DNA of 61,625 bases from Candidatus Hermodarchaeota archaeon (GCA_048885535.1 JBHLLO010000004.1:1-61625), one strand, 5' to 3'; shown: positions 10,569 to 21,617, counted from the first letter of the stretch. Notes: generated by a model from the sequence alone, not told the origin. Numbers and translations are program-made.

Positions 10569-11030
10569 ATGACTGAAGATAGGGTAATTAAAAAGGAACC
10601 AAATAAATTGCTCTTTTTTAATGAAGCTTTAGAATATTTGGACGATTTTGATGATATCGAACCCAACGATTATAGACAAAATACTTTAAAACGCTCAAAT
10701 GTCCTGCGAGATGAAATGCTTGAGGAATTAAATAATATAAAAGAACTTATTATAAATAACCCTGATTTAAAACTTGAATCCTTAAATAAAGAAGAAAAAG
10801 CGCTATTTTTTGACTTTATGGAATATTATTCTACATGTCCAATATGTAGAAAAACAAATCATTATTCAAACTTGAAGAAATTTTATTTTAATGATAAAAT
10901 GGAAACAATCAAAGATTTATTAATCCGAATCATGAATTTTGATAATTCTAAACAAACTGATTTTAATTTAAGTTTTGGTATTCCATGTTGTAATTGTTAT
11001 AAGAATTACTTTAAAGATTTGGAGCAGTAA
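10569..11030 (+). CDS. Hypothetical protein with two Cys pairs (possible Zn-binding)
   Basis: 153-aa ORF; CPIC ... PCCNC. Confidence 0.6.
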   Translation: MTEDRVIKKEPNKLLFFNEALEYLDDFDDIEPNDYRQNTLKRSNVLRDEMLEELNNIKELIINNPDLKLESLNKEEKALFFDFMEYYSTCPICRKTNHYSNLKKFYFNDKMETIKDLLIRIMNFDNSKQTDFNLSFGIPCCNCYKNYFKDLEQ

Positions 11031-11038
11031 AAAGTGTT

Positions 11039-11365
11039 TTAACGAAGATATTCAATAACTTTACCAGATTGGGTTATTTTGTAATATATCTTCTCGTCTA
11101 CTAACTCTCTTTCAACACATAATGCTTTAAGTAGAAAATCAATATTATAATCTAAAACAGAATATTCTGTTAGTAATTTTTTTTCATACAGAAGTTCGAA
11201 TAAACTACATCTTGAAATTTTTTTTGATTTATTGATTGTTTTAAGAATTTCTTTTCTAATAGGATGGTTTACAGCTCTTAAATAGAGAGCATGGTATTCT
11301 CGACTTCCATCAAGAGTTTTACATACCTCTTCTACGGTGTCATAATCTTTAAAGTCATCTGGCAT
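11039..11365 (-). CDS. ArsR-like winged-helix protein
   Basis: [12 protein letters not shown] ... LDYNIDFL ... YYKITQSG pattern. Confidence 0.6.
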   Translation of the reverse strand: MPDDFKDYDTVEEVCKTLDGSREYHALYLRAVNHPIRKEILKTINKSKKISRCSLFELLYEKKLLTEYSVLDYNIDFLLKALCVERELVDEKIYYKITQSGKVIEYLR

Positions 11366-11454
11366 ATATGATAAAAAATATCAATCAAGAAAAACTTTTA
11401 GTCTTTAATCCATTAAAAAGGAATTTAATAAAATTTTGTAGAGATGATTTAAAT

Positions 11455-12516
11455 ATGGATTTTAATGAAATTAAGGCAATTCTAGGTTCAGAAGCAGATG
11501 ATTTATTAAATTATACATGTACTGGAATCCCAAAGAATATGATTCATAATCCCGGTCCTGAGTTTATAGAAAGAGTTTGGGAAAAATCAGATCGTAATAA
11601 TTTAGTTTTAGGAAATATGGAGCGTTTATTTAATCAAATTGGAAGATTAGCAGGTACGGGATATCTATCTATACTACCTGTTGATCAAGGAATTGAACAT
11701 AGTGCTTCTGCAAGTTTCGCAGCCAACCCCTCTTATTTTGATCCAGAAAATATTATAAAATTGGCAATTGATGGAGGCTGTAACGCTGTTGTCTCTACTC
11801 TCGGCGCTTTAGGCGTAATGAGTCGCAGATATGCCAGAAGAATCCCAAATATAGTTAAAATTAATCATAATGAACTCCTAACAAAACCAGAATTATCTGA
11901 TCAGACCCTCTTTGCAAATGTAGATCAAGCATGGAGCATGGGAGCAGCTGGTGTAGGAGCAACTATATATTTCGGTTCCATTGAATCTCGACGACAAATT
12001 CAAGAAATAAGTGATGCTTTTCGATATGCTCACGAACTTGGGTTAGTCTGTATATTATGGTGTTATCTAAGAAATAAAGAGGAGTTTGTAAAAGATGGTA
12101 AAGATTATCATACTGCTAACGATTTAGAGGCTCAAGCAAATCATATCGGTGTCACTATTGAAGCTGACATAATAAAACAGAAAATTTCTACAATAAGTAG
12201 AGGTTTTCTTGATTTAAAGTTCGGGAAAACTGATAATCTTGTCTATAATAAAATAGCAAAAGATCATCCTTTAGAGTGGAATCGATACCAAGTGGCTAAT
12301 TGCTATATGGGACGTGTTGGGCTAATTAATTCTGGTGGTGAATCTGGAGGGAATGATTTGCAAGATGCTGTAAAAGCTGCTGTGATAAATAAACGTTCAG
12401 GTGGCATGGGTCTTATTTTGGGAAGAAAAGCATTCAAAAAACCAACCCCCGAAGGGATTAAAATACTAAATGCTGTTCAAGATGTATATTTATGCAAGGA
12501 TATTACTATTGCATAA
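11455..12516 (+). CDS. fbaB: Class I fructose-bisphosphate aldolase (DhnA/FbaB type)
   Basis: [40 protein letters not shown] (Schiff-base Lys), [16 protein letters not shown]; ATG 11455 preferred over 11368. Confidence 0.92.
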   Translation: MDFNEIKAILGSEADDLLNYTCTGIPKNMIHNPGPEFIERVWEKSDRNNLVLGNMERLFNQIGRLAGTGYLSILPVDQGIEHSASASFAANPSYFDPENIIKLAIDGGCNAVVSTLGALGVMSRRYARRIPNIVKINHNELLTKPELSDQTLFANVDQAWSMGAAGVGATIYFGSIESRRQIQEISDAFRYAHELGLVCILWCYLRNKEEFVKDGKDYHTANDLEAQANHIGVTIEADIIKQKISTISRGFLDLKFGKTDNLVYNKIAKDHPLEWNRYQVANCYMGRVGLINSGGESGGNDLQDAVKAAVINKRSGGMGLILGRKAFKKPTPEGIKILNAVQDVYLCKDITIA

Positions 12517-12671
12517 AAAAATTAATCACTTCTTTTTTCTCTTTATCTTGTCTCTATCTTAAAATTTTGAATTAAATATTGGACTACAATAACTTAATTA
12601 AATGTAATCTTCATATATATCATAAGCTTAAAGAAGATAAATAATAAGTATAATAATACGAGAGTTATAAA

Positions 12672-13406
12672 ATGGGTAAAGAATATTATCGTCCCTCAGA
12701 AGAAAATCCCTATAAAGTAAAAAATACACCTTCAGGGACGCAAAATAAAGCTCAATCAAAAGATTCTCCTATTGATTTCAAAACAGCTCGAATTTGTCCT
12801 GCGTGTGGAAAAATTATTAAAATTAGCCACAACTTCTGTAAATTTTGTGGAATAGACTTGAGTACCATTATTCCATTAGGTAACTCAGATCGAACATTAA
12901 TAGAGTTAGCAAAAACAGCATTGACAGATCCAAATGCAGATGTTAGGAGAGATGCGGTTGATACAATTGGAGATTTAGGAGAAAATGATGTTCTAGGAAT
13001 TTTAACCTATATTTTAATTAATGATATTGATGCCTTAGTAAGGAAAGAAGCTGCAGATGAACTCGGAAATAAACATAATTCAATATCTATTGATATCCTT
13101 ACTAAAACCCTTAAGGATAGAAGCCCTATTGTTAGAAAACAAGCGATAGAAGCATTAAAGAAGATAAAAAAGGCGGCTAAATCTAAAGAAAGTCATGAAA
13201 ATGAAATACAAAAAATGGAACCAAGAGAACAAAGAGAAGAGTTTAAAAAGGAAAACGAACAAGAGGGGAATGTAGTTGAAACACCAAAACCAACTGAAAG
13301 TGAACAAAAATTAGAGCCTAAAAACGAAAACGAGCATAACGAAGAAGAAGATGAACATCCTCTTATTGAAATAGACCCTCAAGATGACGATTATTACAGA
13401 GTTTAA
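12672..13406 (+). CDS. Zinc-ribbon + HEAT-repeat protein with acidic disordered tail
   Basis: CPACG..FCKFCG; DPNADVRRDAV, DALVRKEAA, SPIVRKQAI repeats; E/D-rich C-terminus. Confidence 0.75.
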   Translation: MGKEYYRPSEENPYKVKNTPSGTQNKAQSKDSPIDFKTARICPACGKIIKISHNFCKFCGIDLSTIIPLGNSDRTLIELAKTALTDPNADVRRDAVDTIGDLGENDVLGILTYILINDIDALVRKEAADELGNKHNSISIDILTKTLKDRSPIVRKQAIEALKKIKKAAKSKESHENEIQKMEPREQREEFKKENEQEGNVVETPKPTESEQKLEPKNENEHNEEEDEHPLIEIDPQDDDYYRV

Positions 13407-13440
13407 GTAGGTTAAAAATCTATCTTAGTATCTTAAAAAA

Positions 13441-14376
13441 TTAATCATTTCCATTCGGGATCTTTGGTAATTCTCTTTTAACTGGCTTAGTTCTTTTTTC
13501 TGTATTAACTTTTTTATCAAAATTTAATTTATTTAGTTTTAAATTTTCCTTTTTCCTTAATACTTCAATAGCTTCAACTATTCCTTTTTTCTCATCAAAA
13601 TAAATTCTAAATTTGGTATTATCCAATTCCATTACTCCTTTTGGAACTTTTTTGACTTCCTCCCATGTAATGTCCACGATATTTTTACCAAATACTTCTA
13701 CAACTTTAGAAACAGCTCCGTAAAGATAATGCCCTAAAATTAGATTTTGTCTCTCATAATCTTCAGGAACCTTTAATTCTAAGATTTTCTTCTTTATTTT
13801 TTCTTTTTCCTCATCTGACAAACCTACTACTCTTTTTACTAAAGAAGTTTTATATTGAGGGGCAGGTTTTTTTACTGGGGGAGGAGTAAGACTAAAGGAA
13901 GAAATAACAATCTGCTCACCCGCATCCTCCAAACCAGGAGAATAATAATCATCTTTTGGTCCTCGTGATTTTTTAAAACCTCCAGCATCCTTTGCTTTTT
14001 GTCTTTCAATATTTCGTATATAATACATATCAGGAAGCCTTTCTTTCACTTCCATTGATTCTAACTTAAATGCATTTAGAAATTCTTGTAGCTCATCACC
14101 CTGATCAATAGAAACTATTTTACATCTATGATAACGTGGATCAGTCATAAGCTCCTTTTGTAATTCTTGGGCAACTTTTGAACTTATAAATCGTTTCCTT
14201 ACGGGAGATTTCGAACCTTTCCAAATATATATTCTTCTTAAATCCTCTCTTATAATAATCAAAACTTGTTCAGGATCTAAATGATTTTGTAGCTCTTCTT
14301 GTTTAATATTAAGCTGTTTACGTTCTCCTGTGTTCTTTAGATCAAATACAACGAATTCATCGTAAATATCTGTCAT
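13441..14376 (-). CDS. Gelsolin/villin-like single-domain protein with C-terminal extension
   Basis: LDPEQVLIII..RRIYIWKGSKS..KRF...A..L...IDQGDELQEFLNAF matches the gelsolin repeat pattern. Confidence 0.7.
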   Translation of the reverse strand: MTDIYDEFVVFDLKNTGERKQLNIKQEELQNHLDPEQVLIIIREDLRRIYIWKGSKSPVRKRFISSKVAQELQKELMTDPRYHRCKIVSIDQGDELQEFLNAFKLESMEVKERLPDMYYIRNIERQKAKDAGGFKKSRGPKDDYYSPGLEDAGEQIVISSFSLTPPPVKKPAPQYKTSLVKRVVGLSDEEKEKIKKKILELKVPEDYERQNLILGHYLYGAVSKVVEVFGKNIVDITWEEVKKVPKGVMELDNTKFRIYFDEKKGIVEAIEVLRKKENLKLNKLNFDKKVNTEKRTKPVKRELPKIPNGND

Positions 14377-14541
14377 AAAATACTCCCAAATTTCATTCTT
14401 TCAAAAATTAATAGAAATGATAAAACTTTTACTTTCTATTTTACCAAAATATAAAATTACTTAAATAAAAATTTATTTAATCAAGTGAATTAGGTTTGTA
14501 GTAAAACCATTATTCTTGTATTTCATAAAATTAAAATTATT

Positions 14542-15318
14542 TTAAAAGGGTCTTGGAAATCTTCCACCCCTTCGATAAGGACCCCGCCAAACTGGACCAG
14601 GTCTGAAGCCTGGACCCATTACCATTGTATCATGTAAAACATTATCTATAGATAGCACAAAACCTAATAAAATTCGGCGATCAGTCTCATTATCTAAAAT
14701 CTTTAGAGCATAAGTATCTGCGAAATCAAAAACGCCTCCTAAAAATACATCACGCCAGCGATCTGCTTTCTCTATCTCTGCTACTAACTTTCTTGAGGCG
14801 GCTTCATAAATCTTAAATGACCAACCCATAAAATCACCTTCAGCTACATACCAGCGCTGTCCAGAAGAATCTTCAAGATAAAAGACATTTCGAAAAAGTG
14901 TTAAAATTTTTCTTTTTATCCTTGCTATCATATTTCCTGACGGATCCTTTAAATCTTGTGCTCCACGAGCGGATATGATTTTACTGTGGATTGTAGCCGC
15001 GACAGTTCCATCAATTTCCTGAAGTTCGACTCGGCGTCTAATACTAAAAATAATTCGTTTCATTTTTCCGATCAATTTTCCCTTCTCATCCATTATATCG
15101 CCAAATCCCATATCCCACATTCGCTCTTTGACTAAATAGTAGTTCCTATTTATATCAAATAAGCTCAATTCCTTTTGTGGAACTGATTTGAGAGTAGTAT
15201 CTACTGTTTTTGGTTTTGATTCATCAGAAAAATTGGAATCTCTTAATTGACTACCGCATTTTTCACAATACTTTTGATCACTACTAACTATTTTTTCGCC
15301 ACAGTTCTGACAATACAT
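14542..15318 (-). CDS. Zinc-ribbon + LURP-one/scramblase (tubby C-like) domain protein
   Basis: MYCQNCG..KYCEKCG; GDFMGWSFKI, VAEI, DTYALKI; G/P/R-rich tail. Confidence 0.75.
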   Translation of the reverse strand: MYCQNCGEKIVSSDQKYCEKCGSQLRDSNFSDESKPKTVDTTLKSVPQKELSLFDINRNYYLVKERMWDMGFGDIMDEKGKLIGKMKRIIFSIRRRVELQEIDGTVAATIHSKIISARGAQDLKDPSGNMIARIKRKILTLFRNVFYLEDSSGQRWYVAEGDFMGWSFKIYEAASRKLVAEIEKADRWRDVFLGGVFDFADTYALKILDNETDRRILLGFVLSIDNVLHDTMVMGPGFRPGPVWRGPYRRGGRFPRPF

Positions 15319-15463
15319 GTCATTTCTCTCTAATTGAAAATCTTTCTATTGTTTAAGCAAGGAGAGTTAATTTAAATTAATAAATTTAAGGATTAAGTAT
15401 AAAGGAAATTTTATAATAAAATAAGCTTTTATCTAATATAAATAGAATTTTAATCACTCCATT

Positions 15464-16219
15464 ATGTCAACAATCCCTAAGTTATTAAAATTAAAAGACT
15501 ATATCACTTTAGTTGGTACAGCTTTAGGATTAATTGCTATCATTTTTGCTTGTATAGGTTTACGTGATGCAATCTCATTTGGATTTTTTTTTGTAACTCT
15601 TTCTTTAGGTACTGATTTAATTGATGGATACATTGCTCGGAAAACAGGCACTGTAAATGAAATGGGAAAACACCTTGATTCCTTAAGCGATAGTTTAACA
15701 TTTGGGATTGCCCCCGCTATTTTAACATTTCAAGCTTTTAAAAGGGGTAATCCTTATGATATTATATTATTAGCAGCTTGTATTCTTTTTGCTATGGGGG
15801 CAATGTTAAGGCTAGCCCGATTTAATATTAAGGAAGAGGGGGGATATACGGGAGTCCCAAGTCCAGCAAGTGCTTTGCTAATGATTGCATATTTCTACGC
15901 TAACTATTTTTACGCTTTTGCTTTGGGGGGGATAAGTTATCCTTTTCTTGATATAGCATATTATGCAGTCCCAGGTTTTTTAATATTTATTGGTTGGTTA
16001 AACATTACTACACATGTTTCCTTTGGAGAAAAAGGAAGAATTACTTATGTTATTATTATTCTTTTTGCCCCATCCTGCCCTATTTTTGGAATTATTGGGA
16101 TTCTTAATCCAGATTTTATTATATCGATTATTGCTGCAATATTTTTTGTAAGTTCTTTTTTTGGTTTATTAGTGTATATAATATTAAGGGTTTTTCTAAA
16201 ATTTCGTAAAGAATACTAA
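15464..16219 (+). CDS. pssA: CDP-alcohol phosphatidyltransferase (archaetidylserine synthase-like)
   Basis: DLIDGYIARK...GKHLDSLSDSLTFGIAPA, LRLARFN, GVPSP. Confidence 0.8.
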   Translation: MSTIPKLLKLKDYITLVGTALGLIAIIFACIGLRDAISFGFFFVTLSLGTDLIDGYIARKTGTVNEMGKHLDSLSDSLTFGIAPAILTFQAFKRGNPYDIILLAACILFAMGAMLRLARFNIKEEGGYTGVPSPASALLMIAYFYANYFYAFALGGISYPFLDIAYYAVPGFLIFIGWLNITTHVSFGEKGRITYVIIILFAPSCPIFGIIGILNPDFIISIIAAIFFVSSFFGLLVYIILRVFLKFRKEY

Positions 16220-16237
16220 TAGTAGGACTTGATAATT

Positions 16238-18130
16238 TCACAATAAATGTTTTTTCCATTCCTCAATATCTTCTATTATCTGTCTTACATCATCGGGTGT
16301 TAGAAGGTCAACTTGTTCTTTATATCGATTTATTGTACTACGTAATTTGTGAAGAGTAACTGAAAATCCTTTATTTTCTAGAATTAGATTAGCAACCTTT
16401 TGTAATTCAATACTAAATTCTTCACCCTTCAAGGTTCCCAACTTCTGAATTAAGGTATTAAAAGCATTGTTAATTAAAATGGCGGCTTCATCTAACACTT
16501 TAGGTGCAACTTTTGACATAAACTCAGAATGTTGTTGAACTTGTTGAGGTAAGTTTATATCTGTTGATCCTTCAAGAGGAACTTCTTGTTGAGGGGGTTT
16601 CTTAAGCCATTTATCCACTTTTACGGTTTCTGATGGAATTACTATACTTTCTTTTTCGGTTTTTGCAGGCTTGGTACTAGAAATATATTTTGGAGCTTGA
16701 TATAACTCAGAAGTTGCACTATTCCATATAGATTCTACGACAGGAGCTAATAGATCAATAATGGGTTTGAAATTTGTTCCAATACCAATAAAATCATTGA
16801 ATTTATCTTTTACTCCGGTTAAAACTACGCCTATGATGATATATGAGTCCTTTGACTTTAAAACATAGAGGCTTTCATTCTTAAGAGTCCTATATTCAAG
16901 AGTTTTAATTTCTTTTAATTTTCTAACACTACTATTAGTGGTGGCTTCTGAAGATGCCACCTTTATTTTTAAATTTCTAGATATATCTTTAAACTGTTCA
17001 GCGATTAGTATATCTTCTAGTTTTGGGATAATTAAAAGTAAATCATCCTTAGAGTGTGTTATTAAATTTTGAATTTCTTCATTTACCTTTAAAATGCTAT
17101 TAACAACCCATAAATTATCTATCTGAATTTTTTCAGGTTTGATAAAATCACTATAATCTTTCATTACGATATTTATAGGATTATTCAAAGCTGCAACTGA
17201 ATCAACGGAATTTTTAATTACACTGTCTAAGTTATCAATAATTGTTTCTTGGAACTTTTTTAAATCTTCAAATAATGATTCATTTTTACTTTTTATTAGA
17301 TCAAAAATTGTGGTCATTTTAATTTCGAAACTGTTTATAGTGTTTATTAATAACATTTTAAAATCGTCTCTAAATTGGAGGCTAGATTCAATGATATTAT
17401 TTAATGATTCAATTTTTGTTTTAAGTTCTTCTTCTATAAGCTTATGTAAATTATCTGTGAAATTTTGTATTGATTTATTTATTTTTTTGTTGATTCCATC
17501 TTCTACAACCATTTTGACTTCTTTCTCATGCTTCTTAAGCTCTAAAATTTCGATTTCATTAATAATATCTTTATTTATATTCGAGATAGCCTTGTTTAGA
17601 TCATTAAATTGAGCTTGAATTTTTTTTATTACGGTTTGACTGAGATCTTCCAAAACATCTTCCATAACTCGGACATTTTCTATCCCTTTCGCGATATCTT
17701 CGATCTCTTGCTTTTGAATCATTGTTTCTTCTTGAATATCCTTTCTCATATCTTGAGTTGCTTTGAAGATAGTATTAACCTCAAGCCTTTTATTGTCTTT
17801 AAATACAGTATTCAATGAATTTGTTAATAATTGTCGTAATTGATTTTTGATACTTCCTAGGTTAGCATTAATATTTGCTAGGTAATTTATGATTGGATTA
17901 AATGGTGGTAATGCCAAATATTGAGTTATAATCCCATGTTTTTGAGGAGTGATAGGGATTAATAAGCCTATCATATTTAGCTCTCTTAATACATTTTGAA
18001 AATCTTCTTGAGAGAGTGTAGGTATTATTGAATGTAACTCATTCGATGATAAAGATTTTCTACCTAAGGAATTAATATAAATCTTTATAGCTTCTTCCGA
18101 GAGTTGAATTTGTTTTAAAAAATCCTCCAT
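16238..18130 (-). CDS. TrmB-like wHTH + long coiled-coil + TrmB/PLD-like domain protein
   Basis: N-terminal LSEEAIKIY...L..IGL..YLALPPF; heptad-rich middle; LWVVNS..KVNEEI..LI..SK..LLLIIP. Confidence 0.5.
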   Translation of the reverse strand: MEDFLKQIQLSEEAIKIYINSLGRKSLSSNELHSIIPTLSQEDFQNVLRELNMIGLLIPITPQKHGIITQYLALPPFNPIINYLANINANLGSIKNQLRQLLTNSLNTVFKDNKRLEVNTIFKATQDMRKDIQEETMIQKQEIEDIAKGIENVRVMEDVLEDLSQTVIKKIQAQFNDLNKAISNINKDIINEIEILELKKHEKEVKMVVEDGINKKINKSIQNFTDNLHKLIEEELKTKIESLNNIIESSLQFRDDFKMLLINTINSFEIKMTTIFDLIKSKNESLFEDLKKFQETIIDNLDSVIKNSVDSVAALNNPINIVMKDYSDFIKPEKIQIDNLWVVNSILKVNEEIQNLITHSKDDLLLIIPKLEDILIAEQFKDISRNLKIKVASSEATTNSSVRKLKEIKTLEYRTLKNESLYVLKSKDSYIIIGVVLTGVKDKFNDFIGIGTNFKPIIDLLAPVVESIWNSATSELYQAPKYISSTKPAKTEKESIVIPSETVKVDKWLKKPPQQEVPLEGSTDINLPQQVQQHSEFMSKVAPKVLDEAAILINNAFNTLIQKLGTLKGEEFSIELQKVANLILENKGFSVTLHKLRSTINRYKEQVDLLTPDDVRQIIEDIEEWKKHLL

Positions 18131-18283
18131 ATTTATACACTAATTATACTCTTATTTCTAATTACCTTTCTCACATACATTAATAAGTAATATCAAATTT
18201 TACTTTTTAAAATTTTGGAAGAAAAAAATATTTAAAAAATTAAAATCTTAAACTAAATTAAAAGTCTAAAAGTTTATAGATTT

Positions 18284-19558
18284 ATGAAGACTTATTATGA
18301 AGATGTATTTTTCTATTTAGATCTTACAAAAGATTTTATAAGAAAGAAGGAGTTAATAAAAGCAATAAAAAATTTCATCTATGAGAAAAATAAGAGTAAT
18401 ATTAAAGGGCACTATGGACTCTTAATTTTTCAGGAAGAAGGTAATCCAGTATTCATTATTGAAAAAAAAGATTCTAATATTATAGCAAACGCTATAGAAG
18501 AAAATTGGAAATCACGTCCTAGAAAGAAATCTTTTTTCGAAAATGGTTTATTTTATATCTTTTCTTATTTTGCTGAAACTGTTAGAAAAAAATCAAAAGT
18601 AAATAGAATAATTGTTATTACAGACACTCCTAGTGATTTATCTGAGGATTATGCTGAAGCTCTGTTTAATTTAGTATCTAAAATCAAAGATTTTCCGACT
18701 TTTATTGACATTATTCGAATCTCAAAAAGTGATGAGCGATTTTTTAAAGATGATGTAAAATTAAACATTTTAGCGAGCGATACAAAAGGTAATATCTTTT
18801 ATACACATCATAAGAAGGATTTCTATAAGGTTATTGATATTTTAATCCAATCTAAACAACTAATAGGCGATGTTAAACAAAAAAAGCTTAAAATTAAGAA
18901 GGAAGACTATAAATTCTATTCGCGTCTAGCAAAAGAATTAATACCTACTCCAGAAGATGTAGTAGGAGTGAAATGTTATTTATGTAAGGAAGATATTTGC
19001 CCTGTTTGTACAAATATATATGACCTCCCAAATTTATGCGAGAACTGTGGTAGTATCTTTCATAGTTGTTGCATTACTAATTTTACAATCCAAAATAATA
19101 TTGGCATCCCTCACATTTTTAGGTGTCCGAGTTGTGATATCTTGTTAAAGATTAAACAAGATGAGATTGTTGAATTACCAAATGATTCAGTGAATTCTGT
19201 TGAAGAGTATATTGAGAGTGAAACAACTGAATTAAAACCATCAACTCCTGAAATTCCATCAAAACAAGTTAGAATTGGAGGCTTTTTTGGTAAGTTTTAT
19301 TCTGTGGAAAAACAAGGAGATAAATTAGTATATAAAAAAATTTCTCAAACAAACCAACTGGATAACTTCCATGAGCCAAAAATGAATACTTCAACGAAAG
19401 AAGATAAAAGTATTGTTAACTTGAAAACTTTAGATAAACTTAATACCGATAAATATAAAAGAGGGGCTAATTCTTTTACTTGTCCTGAATGTGGTACCCA
19501 AATAGAGGGAAGTGAAGTTGATAAAAAGCGATGCCTTTATTGTGGACACATGTTTTAA
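18284..19558 (+). CDS. vWA-like domain + PHD/RING-like C4HC3 finger + C-terminal Zn ribbon (paralog 1)
   Basis: FFYLDLT, YGLLIF, RIIVITDTPS, FIDIIRI; CYLC..CPVC..CENC.SIFHSCC..CPSC; CPEC..CLYC. Confidence 0.65.
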   Translation: MKTYYEDVFFYLDLTKDFIRKKELIKAIKNFIYEKNKSNIKGHYGLLIFQEEGNPVFIIEKKDSNIIANAIEENWKSRPRKKSFFENGLFYIFSYFAETVRKKSKVNRIIVITDTPSDLSEDYAEALFNLVSKIKDFPTFIDIIRISKSDERFFKDDVKLNILASDTKGNIFYTHHKKDFYKVIDILIQSKQLIGDVKQKKLKIKKEDYKFYSRLAKELIPTPEDVVGVKCYLCKEDICPVCTNIYDLPNLCENCGSIFHSCCITNFTIQNNIGIPHIFRCPSCDILLKIKQDEIVELPNDSVNSVEEYIESETTELKPSTPEIPSKQVRIGGFFGKFYSVEKQGDKLVYKKISQTNQLDNFHEPKMNTSTKEDKSIVNLKTLDKLNTDKYKRGANSFTCPECGTQIEGSEVDKKRCLYCGHMF

Positions 19559-19711
19559 GGTTATTTTTTAGAATATTGAGGAGAGATATACTCTTTTTTA
19601 AGAAAATGTGAAATAAGAAAAGATCAATAAAAATAAATAAAAATTTTATTATTAGTTTATATAATTTCTTAAACATTTTTTATATAATTTTTTCTTTCGA
19701 TTGGTGTTGAG

Positions 19712-21016
19712 ATGTTTAGTAAAACTGCTGTTAATTCAGAGGAATTCATATTTTACATTGATCTTCTGTCAAATTTTCTAAAAAAGAAGATACTAACAAA
19801 AGCAATTTCCGTATTTATTAAAGAAAAAGAAAAATTTAATAGTTTAAACTCATACGGACTGATTTTGTTCCAGGAGAAAGGAGCTCCTATTACTGTTTAC
19901 AATGAAAAAGAAGCTGAATCTTTAGTTAAAACAATAGAAGAATATTGGGATCACCGTGAAACTAAAAAGAGTTATCTGGAGAACGGTTTATTTGAAATTT
20001 TATCATATGTTTTTAGGAAAATCAAAACAGCTAGGAAAAATTATCGAGTTATTATATTATCTGATACACCAAGTTCTCTCTCTGAAGAATATCACAATGC
20101 CTTATATGATTTATTACTAAAAGCTAGGAAATTCGATACATTTATTGATATAATAAGAGTAGGCGATCAGAAATTTTATGATGATGATGTTAAACTAAAA
20201 GTGATTGTTTCCGAAACTCATGGAGGGGTATTTTATTGTGATGACATTAAGCTATTTCAAAATATTCTAGGCTCTTTAATTCAGAATAAATCCGAATTTA
20301 ACGTGATTCATACAAATGAAACAGAACAAATTTTAAAGGAAGACAAATTATTTTATGAGAGACTCGCTGTAGATTTAATATCTTTAGCTTCTGAAGAAAT
20401 CGAAAAATGTGATATATGTGATCAAGAATTATGTCCTATATGTGAAGCTCATTCTGATGAAATACATAAATGTTTTAACTGTAATGCAAAATATCATGCC
20501 TGTTGTGGAGCTGAATATTCAATATCTAATAATATAGGATTTAATCATTTGTTTAGATGCATAAAATGTGATACTTTGTTGAAATTAGATGAGGATTTTG
20601 TGAATTTAGTATATCAAGAAAATCATATTGAAGAAGTAGAAGAAGCACCCGAAAAATTTTTAGACGTACATGAAGATCATCATATTGAAGAATTAAATAA
20701 TGAAGAAGTAATTGAATTAGAAGAAATAATTCCCGAGAGTGAACCGAACTATAAAAAAGTTCGTGTAGGAGGATTTTTTGGTCCTGAAATCACAATTGAA
20801 ACAAAAAATAATAGTAAACCAAAAATAATAGAACCTATGGCTAATCCTATAATAAGTGCTTCAGAAGATTCCGAAACATCTTCATTAATACAAGAAAAAA
20901 TTTCTATTACTTCATTAAGACCCCCTAAGAAAAAAACCATAAACCTATGTAAAATTTGTGGAACAACTCTTAGAAATGCTTCAATTTGCCCTAATTGCGG
21001 CGCAACATTAGATTAA
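19712..21016 (+). CDS. vWA-like domain + PHD/RING-like C4HC3 finger + C-terminal Zn ribbon (paralog 2)
   Basis: FYIDLLS, YGLILF, RVIILSDTPS; CDIC..CPIC..CFNC.AKYHACC..CIKC; CKIC..CPNC; collinear with paralog 1. Confidence 0.65.
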   Translation: MFSKTAVNSEEFIFYIDLLSNFLKKKILTKAISVFIKEKEKFNSLNSYGLILFQEKGAPITVYNEKEAESLVKTIEEYWDHRETKKSYLENGLFEILSYVFRKIKTARKNYRVIILSDTPSSLSEEYHNALYDLLLKARKFDTFIDIIRVGDQKFYDDDVKLKVIVSETHGGVFYCDDIKLFQNILGSLIQNKSEFNVIHTNETEQILKEDKLFYERLAVDLISLASEEIEKCDICDQELCPICEAHSDEIHKCFNCNAKYHACCGAEYSISNNIGFNHLFRCIKCDTLLKLDEDFVNLVYQENHIEEVEEAPEKFLDVHEDHHIEELNNEEVIELEEIIPESEPNYKKVRVGGFFGPEITIETKNNSKPKIIEPMANPIISASEDSETSSLIQEKISITSLRPPKKKTINLCKICGTTLRNASICPNCGATLD

Positions 21017-21080
21017 GTTTTTTTAATAATTTGATCTTACAGAATTTTTTTTAGTATTAAGATAATAATTAGAATAAGAT

Positions 21081-21617
21081 ATGGAAGTAAAAGATAAGAT
21101 TCAGAGTCTTACTAAGAAATTTAATTTTGATAAGCTCAAATTCTTAATAGAAAATAGCCAAGATGAAAATCTAAGAATTAAAAGTGCCCAATATATTAAG
21201 AATCTAGGTTTAAATGATTCTAAAGTATTTCAGTTTCTAGAAGATTTGCTGATTAGTGATTCTAATATAAAAATAAGGAAAATTGCATTTGAATCATTGA
21301 TTTCAATTGATGCTAAGAAGGTAGTCAAAACAATTATTTATGCAATTAATTATGAATCGGGAACATTTTTAATAGATCTTATCGAATTTTTATATAGAAT
21401 AAATCCATTTATATGTAAACAATCGTTAAAGAAAAAAATTCAGCAAATTGAGAAAAAAAATCCAAAGATTTTACTCAAAAATCAAAAATTGGATAAACTT
21501 GGTCTTAGTGAATTGAAAGAAATCTTGTATAACCATCAATTGAATAATTCTTTAGAATTTCTTTATTTTCATAGACGTTCCATACCGTTAGCTCTAGATC
21601 TTTATGGAATGGAGTAA
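21081..21617 (+). CDS. HEAT-repeat-like protein
   Basis: DENLRIKSA, DSNIKIRKIAFESL helical repeats. Confidence 0.55.
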   Translation: MEVKDKIQSLTKKFNFDKLKFLIENSQDENLRIKSAQYIKNLGLNDSKVFQFLEDLLISDSNIKIRKIAFESLISIDAKKVVKTIIYAINYESGTFLIDLIEFLYRINPFICKQSLKKKIQQIEKKNPKILLKNQKLDKLGLSELKEILYNHQLNNSLEFLYFHRRSIPLALDLYGME

